Shown here in pieces: positions 52,492 to 62,091 of a stretch of 64,000 nt of DNA (within the stretch, counting starts at the first letter, position 1; the number at the start of each line of letters is the position of its first letter). The notes beneath the pieces were generated by a model. It had not been told where the DNA came from. It ran no database searches and saw nothing but the letters and a program-made list of their open reading frames with translations. Made by a program: the position numbers and the translations under genes. The DNA is taken from contig CAWGJT010000009.1 in assembly GCA_963822965.1 (NCBI GenBank), positions 16,020 to 80,019 on the forward strand, read 5' to 3'. The stretch is from an uncultured delta proteobacterium (GTDB taxonomy: Bacteria > Myxococcota_A > UBA9160 > UBA4427).

Positions 52492-53516
52492 GCCGCGCCG
52501 ATTCGCACTTCCCGTCCACCCTGGCGCAGCGAGCGGTTGAGGGCGTCGAGGGTGCGGACCACCGCGAGACCCTCGCGGCCGTCGGTGAGCGGGGTCTGGC
52601 CGCTCGCGATGCAGTCGAGGAAGTGGTCGCATTCGTTGCGCAGGGGCTGGCTCGCGGGCACCCGCGGCACGCTGATGTCGCCGTCGCGCACCACCATGCG
52701 GAACGTCGCGAAGGAATCGATGAACGCGGGTTGGCTCCGCTCGTCGGAGACCTGCTTGTCGTAGATCCGGAGCGGCTCGGTGAGGCTCAGGTCGTCGAAG
52801 GTGAGCATGCGCTTCTCCCCCACGACGGTGATGTCGCGCGTCTTGCGGGGATGCAGCCAGGACGCGTGCAGGTGGACGAGCACGTCGTTCGGGTAGCGCA
52901 GGGTGGCGAACACGGCGTCCTCGACGCCGCGGTTGATCCAGTCGCGCCCCATGGCGGAGACGCTCGTCGGCAGCGAATCCAGCCAGTAGCTCGCGAGGGC
53001 GATGTCGTGGGACGCGAGGTCCCACGCGGCGTTCACGTCCACGCGGATGGGTCCGAGGTTGGTGCGCGTCATCGACGCGTAGTAGATGCGTCCGAGATCT
53101 CCGTCCACCAGGTATCGCTTCGCCTGCTGGGAGGCCGCGTTGTAGACGAAAATGTGGCCCACCATCAGCACGCGGCCGGCGGCGTCGGCCGTCTCGCACA
53201 GGACCTCGGCGTCGCGGACGGTGCCCGCCATCGGCTTCTCGACGAGCACGTGCTTGCCCGCCTCGAGGGCGGCCTTCGCCAGCGGGAAGTGGGTACTCGT
53301 GGGCGTCGCCACCACCACCGCGTCCACCCGCGGATCGTGGATCGCGGGCTCGGGATCGTGACCGACCTGCACGTCCGGGAAGCGCAGCCGAACCGCCTCG
53401 CAACGGTCGGCGGCGCGATCGACCACCCACACCACCTCGCTGCGGCGCCGGTCGTGGAAGTTGGCGATCAGGTTCGGGCCCCAATGTCCCGCACCGATGA
53501 CAGCGACACGGACCAT
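52488..53516 (-). CDS. Gfo/Idh/MocA NDP-sugar oxidoreductase
   Basis: IGAGHWG, HVLVEKP, MVGH, WDLASHD. Confidence 0.9.
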   Translation of the reverse strand: MVRVAVIGAGHWGPNLIANFHDRRRSEVVWVVDRAADRCEAVRLRFPDVQVGHDPEPAIHDPRVDAVVVATPTSTHFPLAKAALEAGKHVLVEKPMAGTVRDAEVLCETADAAGRVLMVGHIFVYNAASQQAKRYLVDGDLGRIYYASMTRTNLGPIRVDVNAAWDLASHDIALASYWLDSLPTSVSAMGRDWINRGVEDAVFATLRYPNDVLVHLHASWLHPRKTRDITVVGEKRMLTFDDLSLTEPLRIYDKQVSDERSQPAFIDSFATFRMVVRDGDISVPRVPASQPLRNECDHFLDCIASGQTPLTDGREGLAVVRTLDALNRSLRQGGREVRIGAA

Positions 53517-53624
53517 CGGATCCCGACCCCTCCTCGCGCCGCCGGTTCGCTTCGCCGCTCGATGCGTGGACCGGCCGGGCGCCTGCGGACGGACTCGCGC
53601 GTGGAACCACTCGACCGGCCGGAT

Positions 53625-54347
53625 TCACTTCTTGAGGCGGAGCCCCACCAGCAGCAATGGCTTCAGGATCGACCACCAGCCGAGGAAGGGCTTCATCTTG
53701 GTCTGCCCGAGGCGCTTCGGAGGGTAAACCTTCGAAACCGGGGCTTCCAGCGTGCGATAGCCGAGCTGGATGGCCCGGATGTAGAGGTACGGCTCGAGCT
53801 CGTACTCGTCCAGCCAGGGCTGCGCGAGGTCGAGCCGCGGGTCCTCGAGGACGCGCCGGTGGACGGCCCGGAAGCCGTTCGTCGATTCGGTCACCCGGCG
53901 CCCGGTCACCAGGGAGAAGAGCAGGGGATGGACGCGCGTCGCCACCCGGCGATAGAGGGGCATCGCGCCGAAGTCCGCTCCCGGCTCCAGGAACCGCGAG
54001 CCCTGGACGAAGTCGGCCCGGCCCTCCGCGATGGGATCCAGGAGGCGCGGAATCTCCTCGGGCGCGTCCTTGTTGTTCCCGGCCATGACCACGGCGACGT
54101 CGAAGCCGCCGCGCAGGGCCTCCGCATAGCCGGCCCGCAGGGCGGCGCCGACACCCGCCACCCGACCCATGGAGATCACCCGCGCGCCGCCCCGACGCGC
54201 CACCTCGGCCGAGCGGTCCGTCGAGCCGTCGTCCACCACGAGCAGCTCGTCGACGACGTCCCGGGGCGTACGCCGAACGACCTCGCCGATCTTCTGCTCC
54301 TCGTCGAGAACGGGCGCGATCGCCATCACCGAGAGTCCGCGGTACAC
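53625..54347 (-). CDS. GT2 polyprenol-phosphate glycosyltransferase (DPM1-like)
   Basis: VVDDGSTD, GVGAA, VQGSRF, TNGFR; the second DxD position reads AGNNKD. Confidence 0.85.
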   Translation of the reverse strand: MYRGLSVMAIAPVLDEEQKIGEVVRRTPRDVVDELLVVDDGSTDRSAEVARRGGARVISMGRVAGVGAALRAGYAEALRGGFDVAVVMAGNNKDAPEEIPRLLDPIAEGRADFVQGSRFLEPGADFGAMPLYRRVATRVHPLLFSLVTGRRVTESTNGFRAVHRRVLEDPRLDLAQPWLDEYELEPYLYIRAIQLGYRTLEAPVSKVYPPKRLGQTKMKPFLGWWSILKPLLLVGLRLKK

Positions 54348-54355
54348 GGGTCTCC

Positions 54356-55792
54356 TCAGTCGGCCGGGGGCAGGTAGCCCAGGGCGCGCAGGCGCTCGAC
54401 GTCGAGCTCGTCGAGGGCCGGCGCGGGCACGACACGCTCTTCGTGGGCGAGATAGCGGGTCACCTCCGGCGGCAGGGGAAGTCCCGGGTGCTTGCGGAGC
54501 TCGCCCCGGAAGGGCTCCGACCCCACCCGATCGAAGCGTTGCCAGTCGAGGCGCTGCTCGCGCAGCGCTCGCTCCGGATCCTCCGGCGGGAACGCGTTCG
54601 GGTCCGGGCGGATCACCTTGACGGTGAAGAAGCCGCGTGCGTCGTAGGCGCCGAGCTCGTGGCCGATGTCGCTCACGACCGTGCGATCGGGAAGCGGCGC
54701 CTCGCCCCGCAGCGCCGGCACGAGGGAGATTCCGCTCTCGCGGGGCAGCGGCGCGAGGCCCGCCAGCTCCAGCACGGTGGGTGCGAGATCCACGTGGCTC
54801 ACCACACCCGACACGCGCCGCGGCGCCAGGCCGGGTGCCGCGATCACCAGGGGGACGTGCGCCTGCTCGGGCGTCGTCGCGTGACCGTGCTGGAAGAAGA
54901 AGCCGTCCTCGTCGAGGCTCTCACCGTGATCCGCCGTGAAGACGACGACGAGCCCGCGGCCGTCCGCCGTCCGCCGCGCTTCGTCGAACAGCGCGCCGAG
55001 CCAGTGGTCGGCAAAGGCGATCTCGCCGGCATAGAGCCCCGCGTAGCGGGCAGCCCGACGCACCCCGTCGAGCGCCTGGTAGGCCGGCAGCCCCCCGCGG
55101 CCGCGGTTGGTCCGCATCACCGGGAGCTCGATTCCGGTGCGCATGGGCACCTCCGGAACCAGATCCGCCCAGGGCTCGGGCGGCGTGTATGGACCGTGGG
55201 GATCCTGCAGGTGCACCCAGAGGAAGAAGGGCGCCTCGCCGCGACGCGCGAGCCAGGCGTTGGCCCGGGAGACGGTCTGACGGGCGACCCGCTCGAAGTA
55301 GAGACCCCGGTTCGCCTCGGCCACGGGAAGCTCGTCGTCGTAGACGTCGAAGCCCGCGTCGAGCCCGCTGCGCGCCTTCAGGACCACGTTGCTGACGAAC
55401 GCCGCAGTGTCGTAGCCGGCCTCGCGGAAGGCCTGGGCCAGGGTGGGGGCGCCTTCGAGCCGGGTCGCTCCGTTCCAGGCGCCCACCGAGTGCTCGCGGA
55501 CGTAGCGGGAGGTCATGATCGACGCATGAGACGGGACGGTGGCCGTCGACGCGGCGATGGCGCTCTCGAAGAGCACGCCGCGCGCCGCCAGCGCGTCGAC
55601 GTGCGGTGTGGTCTCGGGGCCGAAGCCGTAGCTGTGCACGTAGTCCGCGCGCAGGGTGTCGACGGTGACGAGCAGGACGTCCGGCCGCGGCGCGTCGGGA
55701 GCGCCTCCGCAGGCGAGCCAGACGAGCGCCGGGAGCACGACCCGGAGGCCGGCACGGACCTTCGGCACGGGACGACGGGGGAGACGAGGCAT
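54356..55792 (-). CDS. Sulfatase-like lipoprotein
   Basis: WLAC lipobox, VDTLRAD, STATVPSH, HLQDPH, TADHGE, LRALGYL. Confidence 0.85.
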   Translation of the reverse strand: MPRLPRRPVPKVRAGLRVVLPALVWLACGGAPDAPRPDVLLVTVDTLRADYVHSYGFGPETTPHVDALAARGVLFESAIAASTATVPSHASIMTSRYVREHSVGAWNGATRLEGAPTLAQAFREAGYDTAAFVSNVVLKARSGLDAGFDVYDDELPVAEANRGLYFERVARQTVSRANAWLARRGEAPFFLWVHLQDPHGPYTPPEPWADLVPEVPMRTGIELPVMRTNRGRGGLPAYQALDGVRRAARYAGLYAGEIAFADHWLGALFDEARRTADGRGLVVVFTADHGESLDEDGFFFQHGHATTPEQAHVPLVIAAPGLAPRRVSGVVSHVDLAPTVLELAGLAPLPRESGISLVPALRGEAPLPDRTVVSDIGHELGAYDARGFFTVKVIRPDPNAFPPEDPERALREQRLDWQRFDRVGSEPFRGELRKHPGLPLPPEVTRYLAHEERVVPAPALDELDVERLRALGYLPPAD

Positions 55793-56030
55793 CGAACGCG
55801 GCAGCATACCGCGTCCCGCACGCGGCCCGCGCGCAGCGCCCGCCGGCGTCTCTCGCGCGCCCTGGGGCGTTCGGCGATACTGGACCCGTGACCGAAACCG
55901 CGGAAGCTGCCCGCACGTGCGCGCTCTGCACCCACGACGAGGCGGACGACGGTTCCTGGCCGAGGCGCGAGGTGCTCGTGGTCGGCGAGAAGCGCGGGAC
56001 GCGCGCACCCGCTGCGGGCTCGGGACGCCG

Positions 56031-56996
56031 ATGAGCACGCCGCGCGTCTCGGTCGCCATGGCGACCTGCGAAGGCTCCCGCTTCGTCGAGACCCAGCTCG
56101 AGAGCATCGCCGGACAGACGCGACCCCCGGACGAGCTCGTCGTGTGCGACGACGCCTCCCAGGACGACACCTTCGCACGTCTGGAATCCTTCGCGGCGGC
56201 CACGGACCTGGAGACGCGCGTCCTCCGGAATCCGGTGCGCCTCGGCATCACCGCGAACTTCGAGCGCGTCGTCTCCGCCTGCACCGGCGACGTCATCTTC
56301 CTGGCCGACCAGGACGACGTCTGGCTTCCCGAGAAGATCGCCACCCTGACGGACGTGCTCGTCCGACGCCCGGAGCTGGGAGCCGTATTCAGCGACGGCG
56401 AGGTGGTGGATGCGGAGCTCTCGCCCCAGGGCTACACGCTGTGGGAATCCCTGGGCTTCGACGAACGCGAGCGCGAGCAGGTGCGCCGGGGCGACGCGGT
56501 GGGTGTGTTCCTGCGGCACGTCGTCGCCGCCGGAACGACCCTGGCGTTCCGGGCGGGCTTCCGCGAGCGCGCCCTGCCCTTCCCGCCCCTCCGAAGCTGT
56601 CACGACGCGTTCATCGCCTTCGTCGTGGCCGCCCTCGCGCCCATCGAGATCGTGGAGACCCCCCTCATCCGATACCGGGTGCACGACCGCAACCAGATCG
56701 GGATCCGACGACTCGGCCTGCGGGAGCAGCTCGCGAAGGCCCGGGAGCAGCTCGCCAGCGACGCCTTCGGCTATGCGGTCGAGTTCTTCGAAGCGGCCCG
56801 GGCGCGGCTGACGCACGCTCCCCCCGACGTCCTGCACCGCATCGACGAGAAGATCCTGCACGCCCGCCGGCGCCAGGCCATGTCCCCGCACTGGCTCGCG
56901 CGGCTCCGGGACATCCACGAGGAGGCGCGTTCGGGCCGCTACCGGCGCTACTCGTACGGCTGGAAGAGCATCGCCCAGGACCTCTGGCTCCGGTGA
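56031..56996 (+). CDS. GT2 glycosyltransferase (rhamnosyltransferase-like)
   Basis: SVAMAT, CDDASQD, FLADQDDVW, HD, YRVH..NQIG. Confidence 0.88.
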   Translation: MSTPRVSVAMATCEGSRFVETQLESIAGQTRPPDELVVCDDASQDDTFARLESFAAATDLETRVLRNPVRLGITANFERVVSACTGDVIFLADQDDVWLPEKIATLTDVLVRRPELGAVFSDGEVVDAELSPQGYTLWESLGFDEREREQVRRGDAVGVFLRHVVAAGTTLAFRAGFRERALPFPPLRSCHDAFIAFVVAALAPIEIVETPLIRYRVHDRNQIGIRRLGLREQLAKAREQLASDAFGYAVEFFEAARARLTHAPPDVLHRIDEKILHARRRQAMSPHWLARLRDIHEEARSGRYRRYSYGWKSIAQDLWLR

Positions 56997-59173
56997 GGGA
57001 CGGCTCCGCGAGCGATCGACTGCTGCGGGCGACGGATCTCGTCTGCGACGGGACGGTGGGGGCGTTCGCGATCTGGACCGTGTGCTGCCACGCCGCCGTC
57101 TTCACCGGACAGGGGCTCGACACGCTGATTGCGATCGCGTCGCTCGCCCTGGGCGCCGCGGCTCTCGGGGGCGTCCTGCTCGCCCGGGCGATCGGCCGCC
57201 GCGGGAGGCCCGGGACGCCGGCGTCCTCCTCCGATCCGGCTGCGCCGCCCGTCCCCTCCTCCACGCCGGCGCCAGGCCTCCGACTCGCGGTGGCGGCGGT
57301 GGCCGCCGGCTGCGCGGCGGCCGCCGCGGCGGGAGCGCCGCTCGTGGCGGTGTGGAGCGTGGCCCTCACCCTGCTGCTGGGCCTCGGCCTGCGCGAGCTG
57401 GCAACCGCGAGCGCGCCGCAGACCGCGGCCCACGCGACCCCGGGCGCTCTGGCGTGGCTGGTCGCGCTCGCGCTCCTGTCCGTCGTCGCGACCCTGTGCG
57501 CGCACCGTCCGGACGCCGACGACGGCTTCTACCTCGACCTCGCGGTGGCGGCGGCCGACGCGCCGCGAGCGGCGCTGCTCGCGGGTGACACCCTCCACCG
57601 GGTGGCCGGCGTTCCCCTGGCGCTGCCCGTCTACCGCGTGCACTCCCTCGAGCTGCTGCAGGCGGCGATCGCGCGCATCGGCGGCCTCCCGGTGCTCGAC
57701 GTCGCGCACCTGGCGCTTCCGGCGTTCGCCGCGCTGCTCCTGCCCTTCGCGTACGCGCGGCTCCTCCGCAGCCTGACGCCGCGAGCGTGGCCCTGGGCGC
57801 TGGGCGTCGCAACGGGCTTCCTCCTCTTCTCGGCGACGGCGAGCCACGGCTGGGCGAACTTCGGGATCGTTCGGCTGCACCAGGGCAAGGCGATCCTGCT
57901 GTCCCTGGCGCTCCCCCTCACCGTCGCCTACGCGATCGAGTTCGCGCGGGCGGGCGGAGGGGTGCGCTTCGTGAAGCTCGCGGCCGTGCAGATCGGCGCC
58001 GTCGGCCTGAGCGCCTCCGGGCTCTGGCTCGCTCCCGCGGTGGCCGCCCCCGCGCTCCTCGCCGGGCTGCCCGACCGCCCGAACGGCGCGGCACTTCGGC
58101 GCCTGGGCCTGGGCCTCCTCGCTTCCGCGTACGTGCTCGGACTGGCGCTGGCGCTGCGGGGCGCGACCGCCGCGGCCTTCCGCGACGCGGCGGTTCCGAG
58201 CCCGGAGCTCGAGAGCGGCAGCGTGCAGCTGGCCACCCAGGCCCTGCGGGCCGTGCTCGGTCCGGGGCTGCCGGGATTCCTCGCGCTCTTCGTCGCGCTC
58301 GGGGCCTGGAGCTTTGCGAGCAACGCCCTCGCCCGCCGGCTGTGCGCGTTCTCGAGCCTCGCCACCCTGATCCTGTGGAATCCCCTTGCGGCGCAGTCGC
58401 TCGCCGCCTGGCTCACGAGCGCGCCCACCTACTGGCGGGTGCTGTGGCTGCTCCCGCTGCCGGCGCTCTTCGCGCTGGTCCTGACGGCGCCGCTCGAAGC
58501 GACGGGCGGTCCCCTCTCCCGCCCCGTGCGCGCCGCCGCGGTCGTCGCCGCGGCGGCGCTCGTGTTCGGCGCTGGCTTCTGGCAGGCGCCGCGCGCGCTC
58601 ACGCTTTCGGCCGCCAACCACGTGCGTCTGGGGGCGCCGGGATGGAAGATCCCCCGGGCCGAGCTGGCCGCCGTCCGCAGCATCACGACCGGCGCGAGCG
58701 AGAACGACGTCGTCCTCGCCCCGCGGCGCGTGGCACCCTGGATTCCCGCCTTCCACCGCCATCCGACGCCCCTGGTCGTGCGCATCGAGTATCTGCCGGT
58801 GCTCTACGAGAAGCTCGGCCCCGACGAGCTCGCCCGCCGCGTCCAGCTCCTGCGGCTCGTCTCGGGCGAGCGCCGGGTGCCCCTGGCGGACGATCTGCTG
58901 CGCAACGCCATCTCTCAGGACGGGATCTCCATCGTCTGCCTGGCAGCGGCGGCGCGGCGGTGGCCCGACGTGACCGCCGTGCTGGTGGACTCCGGGTTCC
59001 AGAAGATCCACGCGGACGCCGATTACGAGGTCTGGAGACGAGCGCGAGACCGGGAGACGGTCCGGGAGGCGACCGCGCCTTCGAGCCGCCCCCCCGACCC
59101 GGGGACCCGGGCCGGGAGCGCCGAGCAGGGCCCGACACGGGGTCGCCAGGAAGGGGGAGGGAGAGGCCTGTGA
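56993..59173 (+). CDS. Large polytopic membrane protein (DUF6077-like, probable GT-C)
   Basis: HRPDADDGFY, RLHQGKAIL, YWRVLWLLP; many TMs; GTGA overlap with upstream gene. Confidence 0.6.
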   Translation: MRDGSASDRLLRATDLVCDGTVGAFAIWTVCCHAAVFTGQGLDTLIAIASLALGAAALGGVLLARAIGRRGRPGTPASSSDPAAPPVPSSTPAPGLRLAVAAVAAGCAAAAAAGAPLVAVWSVALTLLLGLGLRELATASAPQTAAHATPGALAWLVALALLSVVATLCAHRPDADDGFYLDLAVAAADAPRAALLAGDTLHRVAGVPLALPVYRVHSLELLQAAIARIGGLPVLDVAHLALPAFAALLLPFAYARLLRSLTPRAWPWALGVATGFLLFSATASHGWANFGIVRLHQGKAILLSLALPLTVAYAIEFARAGGGVRFVKLAAVQIGAVGLSASGLWLAPAVAAPALLAGLPDRPNGAALRRLGLGLLASAYVLGLALALRGATAAAFRDAAVPSPELESGSVQLATQALRAVLGPGLPGFLALFVALGAWSFASNALARRLCAFSSLATLILWNPLAAQSLAAWLTSAPTYWRVLWLLPLPALFALVLTAPLEATGGPLSRPVRAAAVVAAAALVFGAGFWQAPRALTLSAANHVRLGAPGWKIPRAELAAVRSITTGASENDVVLAPRRVAPWIPAFHRHPTPLVVRIEYLPVLYEKLGPDELARRVQLLRLVSGERRVPLADDLLRNAISQDGISIVCLAAAARRWPDVTAVLVDSGFQKIHADADYEVWRRARDRETVREATAPSSRPPDPGTRAGSAEQGPTRGRQEGGGRGL

Positions 59174-59195
59174 TAGCCTGCCGAGCGCATCCAAG

Positions 59196-60161
59196 ATGAT
59201 CGCCGTCGTCATCCCCTGCTATCGCGTCAAGGATCAGATCCTCGACGTCCTCTCCGGAATCGGTCCGGAGTGCTCCGCGATCTACGTCGTCGACGACGGC
59301 TGCCCGGAGGGCACCGCGGACCACGTCGAGGCGGAGTGCCGCGACCCGCGCGTGCGCGTGCTGCGCCACGGCACCAACCAGGGCGTCGGCGCGGCCACCC
59401 TCACCGGCTATCGCGCCGCCTTCGAGGCCGGGGCGGACGTGATCGTGAAGCTCGACGGGGACGGACAGATGGATCCCACCTGGATCCCCCGTCTCGTGCG
59501 GCCCATCCAGGACGGCGAGGCGGACTACGTCAAGGGCAACCGCTTCTTCGAGCTGGACGGTCTCGATTCGATGCCGCGCATCCGCGTCCTGGGCAACTCG
59601 ATCCTCTCCTTCGCGAGCAAGCTCTCGAGCGGCTACTGGAACGTCTTCGATCCCACCAACGGATTCACCGCGATCCACGCCGCCGTCGCGCGCCGCCTTC
59701 CCTTCGCGAAGCTGGCGACCCGCTACTTCTTCGAGTCCGACCTGCTCTTCCGGCTCGGCATCCTGCGCGCGGTGGTGTGCGAGGTCCCCATGCCCGCCGT
59801 CTATCGCGACGAGCCGAGCAGCCTGGTGATCCGGCACGTGCTGGGCGAGTTCGCCTGGAAGCATCTCGCAAACACCGCCAAGCGCATCTTCTACTGCTAC
59901 TACCTGCGCAACTTCAACATCGCCTCCATCGAGATCGTGGCCGGGGTGGCCTTCCTCACGTTCGGCGTCTGGTTCGGCCTCTCGGAGTGGATCGCGGGGA
60001 CCCGTGCGAACGTTCCCGCGACGAGCGGCACGGTGATGGTGGCCGCACTGCCGGTGATCGTGGGCGTGCAGCTGATCCTCGCCTTCCTGAGCTACGACCT
60101 CCAGAACGTTCCGCGCGAGACCTTGCACCGGCGTCTGGAGCCCGCGCCGTCGAAGTCGTGA
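59196..60161 (+). CDS. GT2 glycosyltransferase with C-terminal TM helices
   Basis: VIPCY, VDDGCP, NQGVGAA, KLDGDGQMDP, KGNRF, DPTNGF, FESD. Confidence 0.9.
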   Translation: MIAVVIPCYRVKDQILDVLSGIGPECSAIYVVDDGCPEGTADHVEAECRDPRVRVLRHGTNQGVGAATLTGYRAAFEAGADVIVKLDGDGQMDPTWIPRLVRPIQDGEADYVKGNRFFELDGLDSMPRIRVLGNSILSFASKLSSGYWNVFDPTNGFTAIHAAVARRLPFAKLATRYFFESDLLFRLGILRAVVCEVPMPAVYRDEPSSLVIRHVLGEFAWKHLANTAKRIFYCYYLRNFNIASIEIVAGVAFLTFGVWFGLSEWIAGTRANVPATSGTVMVAALPVIVGVQLILAFLSYDLQNVPRETLHRRLEPAPSKS

Positions 60162-60171
60162 GGAGCGTGCG

Positions 60172-61182
60172 GTGAAGGTCCGACGCCTGGTCTCGATCGC
60201 CCTGCGCCTCGGGGTTGCGGCCGCGAGCCTCGCACTGGCCTTCCGGATGGCGCTCGCGGGAAGCGAGCAGGGCATCTTCGCGGCGCTGGTCGGCGCCTTT
60301 CGGGTGCCTCCCGCGCAGGCCGTGCGGTGGTTCGCCGGGGCGTTCTCGATCCTGGGGGTGAGCCTGGGAATCGGCGCCGTGCGCTTCCGCGTGCTGCTGC
60401 GCGGCGCGGGCCTCGACATCGGGCTCGCGATCCTGTTTCGCGCCTACCTGGTGGCGACCTTCTTCAACCTCGTGCTTCCCGGCGCGATCCTGGGAGACGT
60501 CTACCGCTTCTTCGACGCCAGGCGAAGCACGGGAGAGGGTGCGCGCGTGCTCGGCGTCGTCGTGATGGAGCGCCTGCTGAGCCTGGCCGCGCTCGGGAGC
60601 ATCGCGCTGGCGGTGGCGCCGACGATCTCCGGGATCCACGAGGACCGCCGGCTCCTGGGGTGGCTCGTCGCCGCGGGGGGCGGCTTCGTGGCGGCCGCGC
60701 TCGCCGCGCTGACGCCCCTGGTGAACCGCTGGCTGGTGCGGGTTGCCCGCCGCCTCGGCGGTGTCTCGCCGCGGGTCGCCCTGGCCGGCGAACGCTCCCT
60801 CGACGCCGTCGCCGGTCTCGCCGCTCGCCGTGCGGTCGTGGCCCGGGCCTTCGCCCTGAGCCTCGTCAACCAGGGTCTTCCCGTGCTGGCGGTGGCGGTG
60901 CTCGCCGTCCCCCTCGACGCGCTGGTGCCGTGGTACTGGTTCGCGGTGATCGTTCCCTTCGTGACGCTGGTATCGCTGCTGCCCGTCAGCATCGGCGGGA
61001 CCGGGGTGCGCGAGCTCCTCTACGTCTCGCTCTTCGGCGCCGTGGGGATGCGCGCGGAGGCGGCTCTCGCCCTCTCGCTCTCGGTGATGGCGGCCGCCGT
61101 CCTGTGGGGCGCCGTCGGACTCGTCGTATTCGCGACCGGGCGCCGCGACCCGGCGCTCCAGACGAGCGTCGCCGAGGTCTGA
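60172..61182 (+). CDS. Lysylphosphatidylglycerol-synthase TM domain (flippase-like) protein
   Basis: RF..LL, FFNLVLPGAILGDVYR, ERL, LPVSIGGTGVRE. Confidence 0.85.
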   Translation: MKVRRLVSIALRLGVAAASLALAFRMALAGSEQGIFAALVGAFRVPPAQAVRWFAGAFSILGVSLGIGAVRFRVLLRGAGLDIGLAILFRAYLVATFFNLVLPGAILGDVYRFFDARRSTGEGARVLGVVVMERLLSLAALGSIALAVAPTISGIHEDRRLLGWLVAAGGGFVAAALAALTPLVNRWLVRVARRLGGVSPRVALAGERSLDAVAGLAARRAVVARAFALSLVNQGLPVLAVAVLAVPLDALVPWYWFAVIVPFVTLVSLLPVSIGGTGVRELLYVSLFGAVGMRAEAALALSLSVMAAAVLWGAVGLVVFATGRRDPALQTSVAEV

Positions 61183-61185
61183 CCC

Positions 61186-62091
61186 GTGCAGGAGATCGGC
61201 ATCGCCATCCCCTTCTACCGCAACCTCGACTACCTGCGGAGCGCCGTCGAGAGCGTCGTGGCCCAGTCGTCCCCTGCGTGGCGGCTCACGGTCGTCGACG
61301 ATTCCGGGCGCGGAGAGCGGGAGGAGAGCGTGCGCGAGCTCGTCGACTCGTTCCGGGACGGTCGCATCGCGTACCAGCGCAACCCCGAGACCCTGGGAAT
61401 GGTCTCCAACTGGAATCGCTGCATCGATCGCGTGCAGAGCCCGCTCGTCAGCCTGCTGCACGGCGACGACCGGCTGCTCCCGAGCTACGTAGCGGAGATG
61501 GGGCGCTGCGCCGAGGCCCATCCCGACGCGGTGGCCCTCTACTGCGGCGCGGAGATCATCGACGCGTCCGGCCGCGGCGTCTTCTCTCTACCCGATCGCA
61601 TCAAGGGCTGGCTCGAGCCGAGCGGCGGCGACGGCAGCAGCGTCCTGCGCGGACAGCCGGGAGCCACGGCGCTGATGCGTGGCAACTTCATCATGTGCCC
61701 CACCCTGTGCTTCCGGCGCGCCGTGCTCGGCCAACGCCGCTTCGACCACGGCTGGGAGCAGGTGCAGGACCTCGAGCTGACGATCCGCCTGCTGATGGAA
61801 GGCGAGACCATCGCCGGGTCGCCGGCGGTCGCGTACGCGTATCGGCGCCACGAGGAGAGCGCCACGTCGGTGCATTCCGAGAGTCGACTTCGCTTCGACG
61901 AGGAGATCCGCCTCTTCGACCTGATCGCCGACCGCGCCGAGGCGTTGGGCTGGTCCGAGACGGCGCGCGTAGCGCGGGGCAAGCGCATCGTGAAGCTCCA
62001 CCTGCTGTACCGCGCGCTGCGGGCGCTCGCGCGGGGTCGCCTGGGCGGCGCCGCGAGTACCCTGCGCTACCTGGTGTCCCATTGGTCGTAG
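61186..62091 (+). CDS. GT2 glycosyltransferase
   Basis: IPFY, VVDDS, GMVSNWN, LHGDD, YRRH. Confidence 0.85.
   Translation: MQEIGIAIPFYRNLDYLRSAVESVVAQSSPAWRLTVVDDSGRGEREESVRELVDSFRDGRIAYQRNPETLGMVSNWNRCIDRVQSPLVSLLHGDDRLLPSYVAEMGRCAEAHPDAVALYCGAEIIDASGRGVFSLPDRIKGWLEPSGGDGSSVLRGQPGATALMRGNFIMCPTLCFRRAVLGQRRFDHGWEQVQDLELTIRLLMEGETIAGSPAVAYAYRRHEESATSVHSESRLRFDEEIRLFDLIADRAEALGWSETARVARGKRIVKLHLLYRALRALARGRLGGAASTLRYLVSHWS

Noticed and set aside
49147-54435. 1762-aa giant ORF
   Set aside because: Arg/Pro/Gly-rich shadow frame containing only the DegT N-terminus and an OST C-terminal fragment
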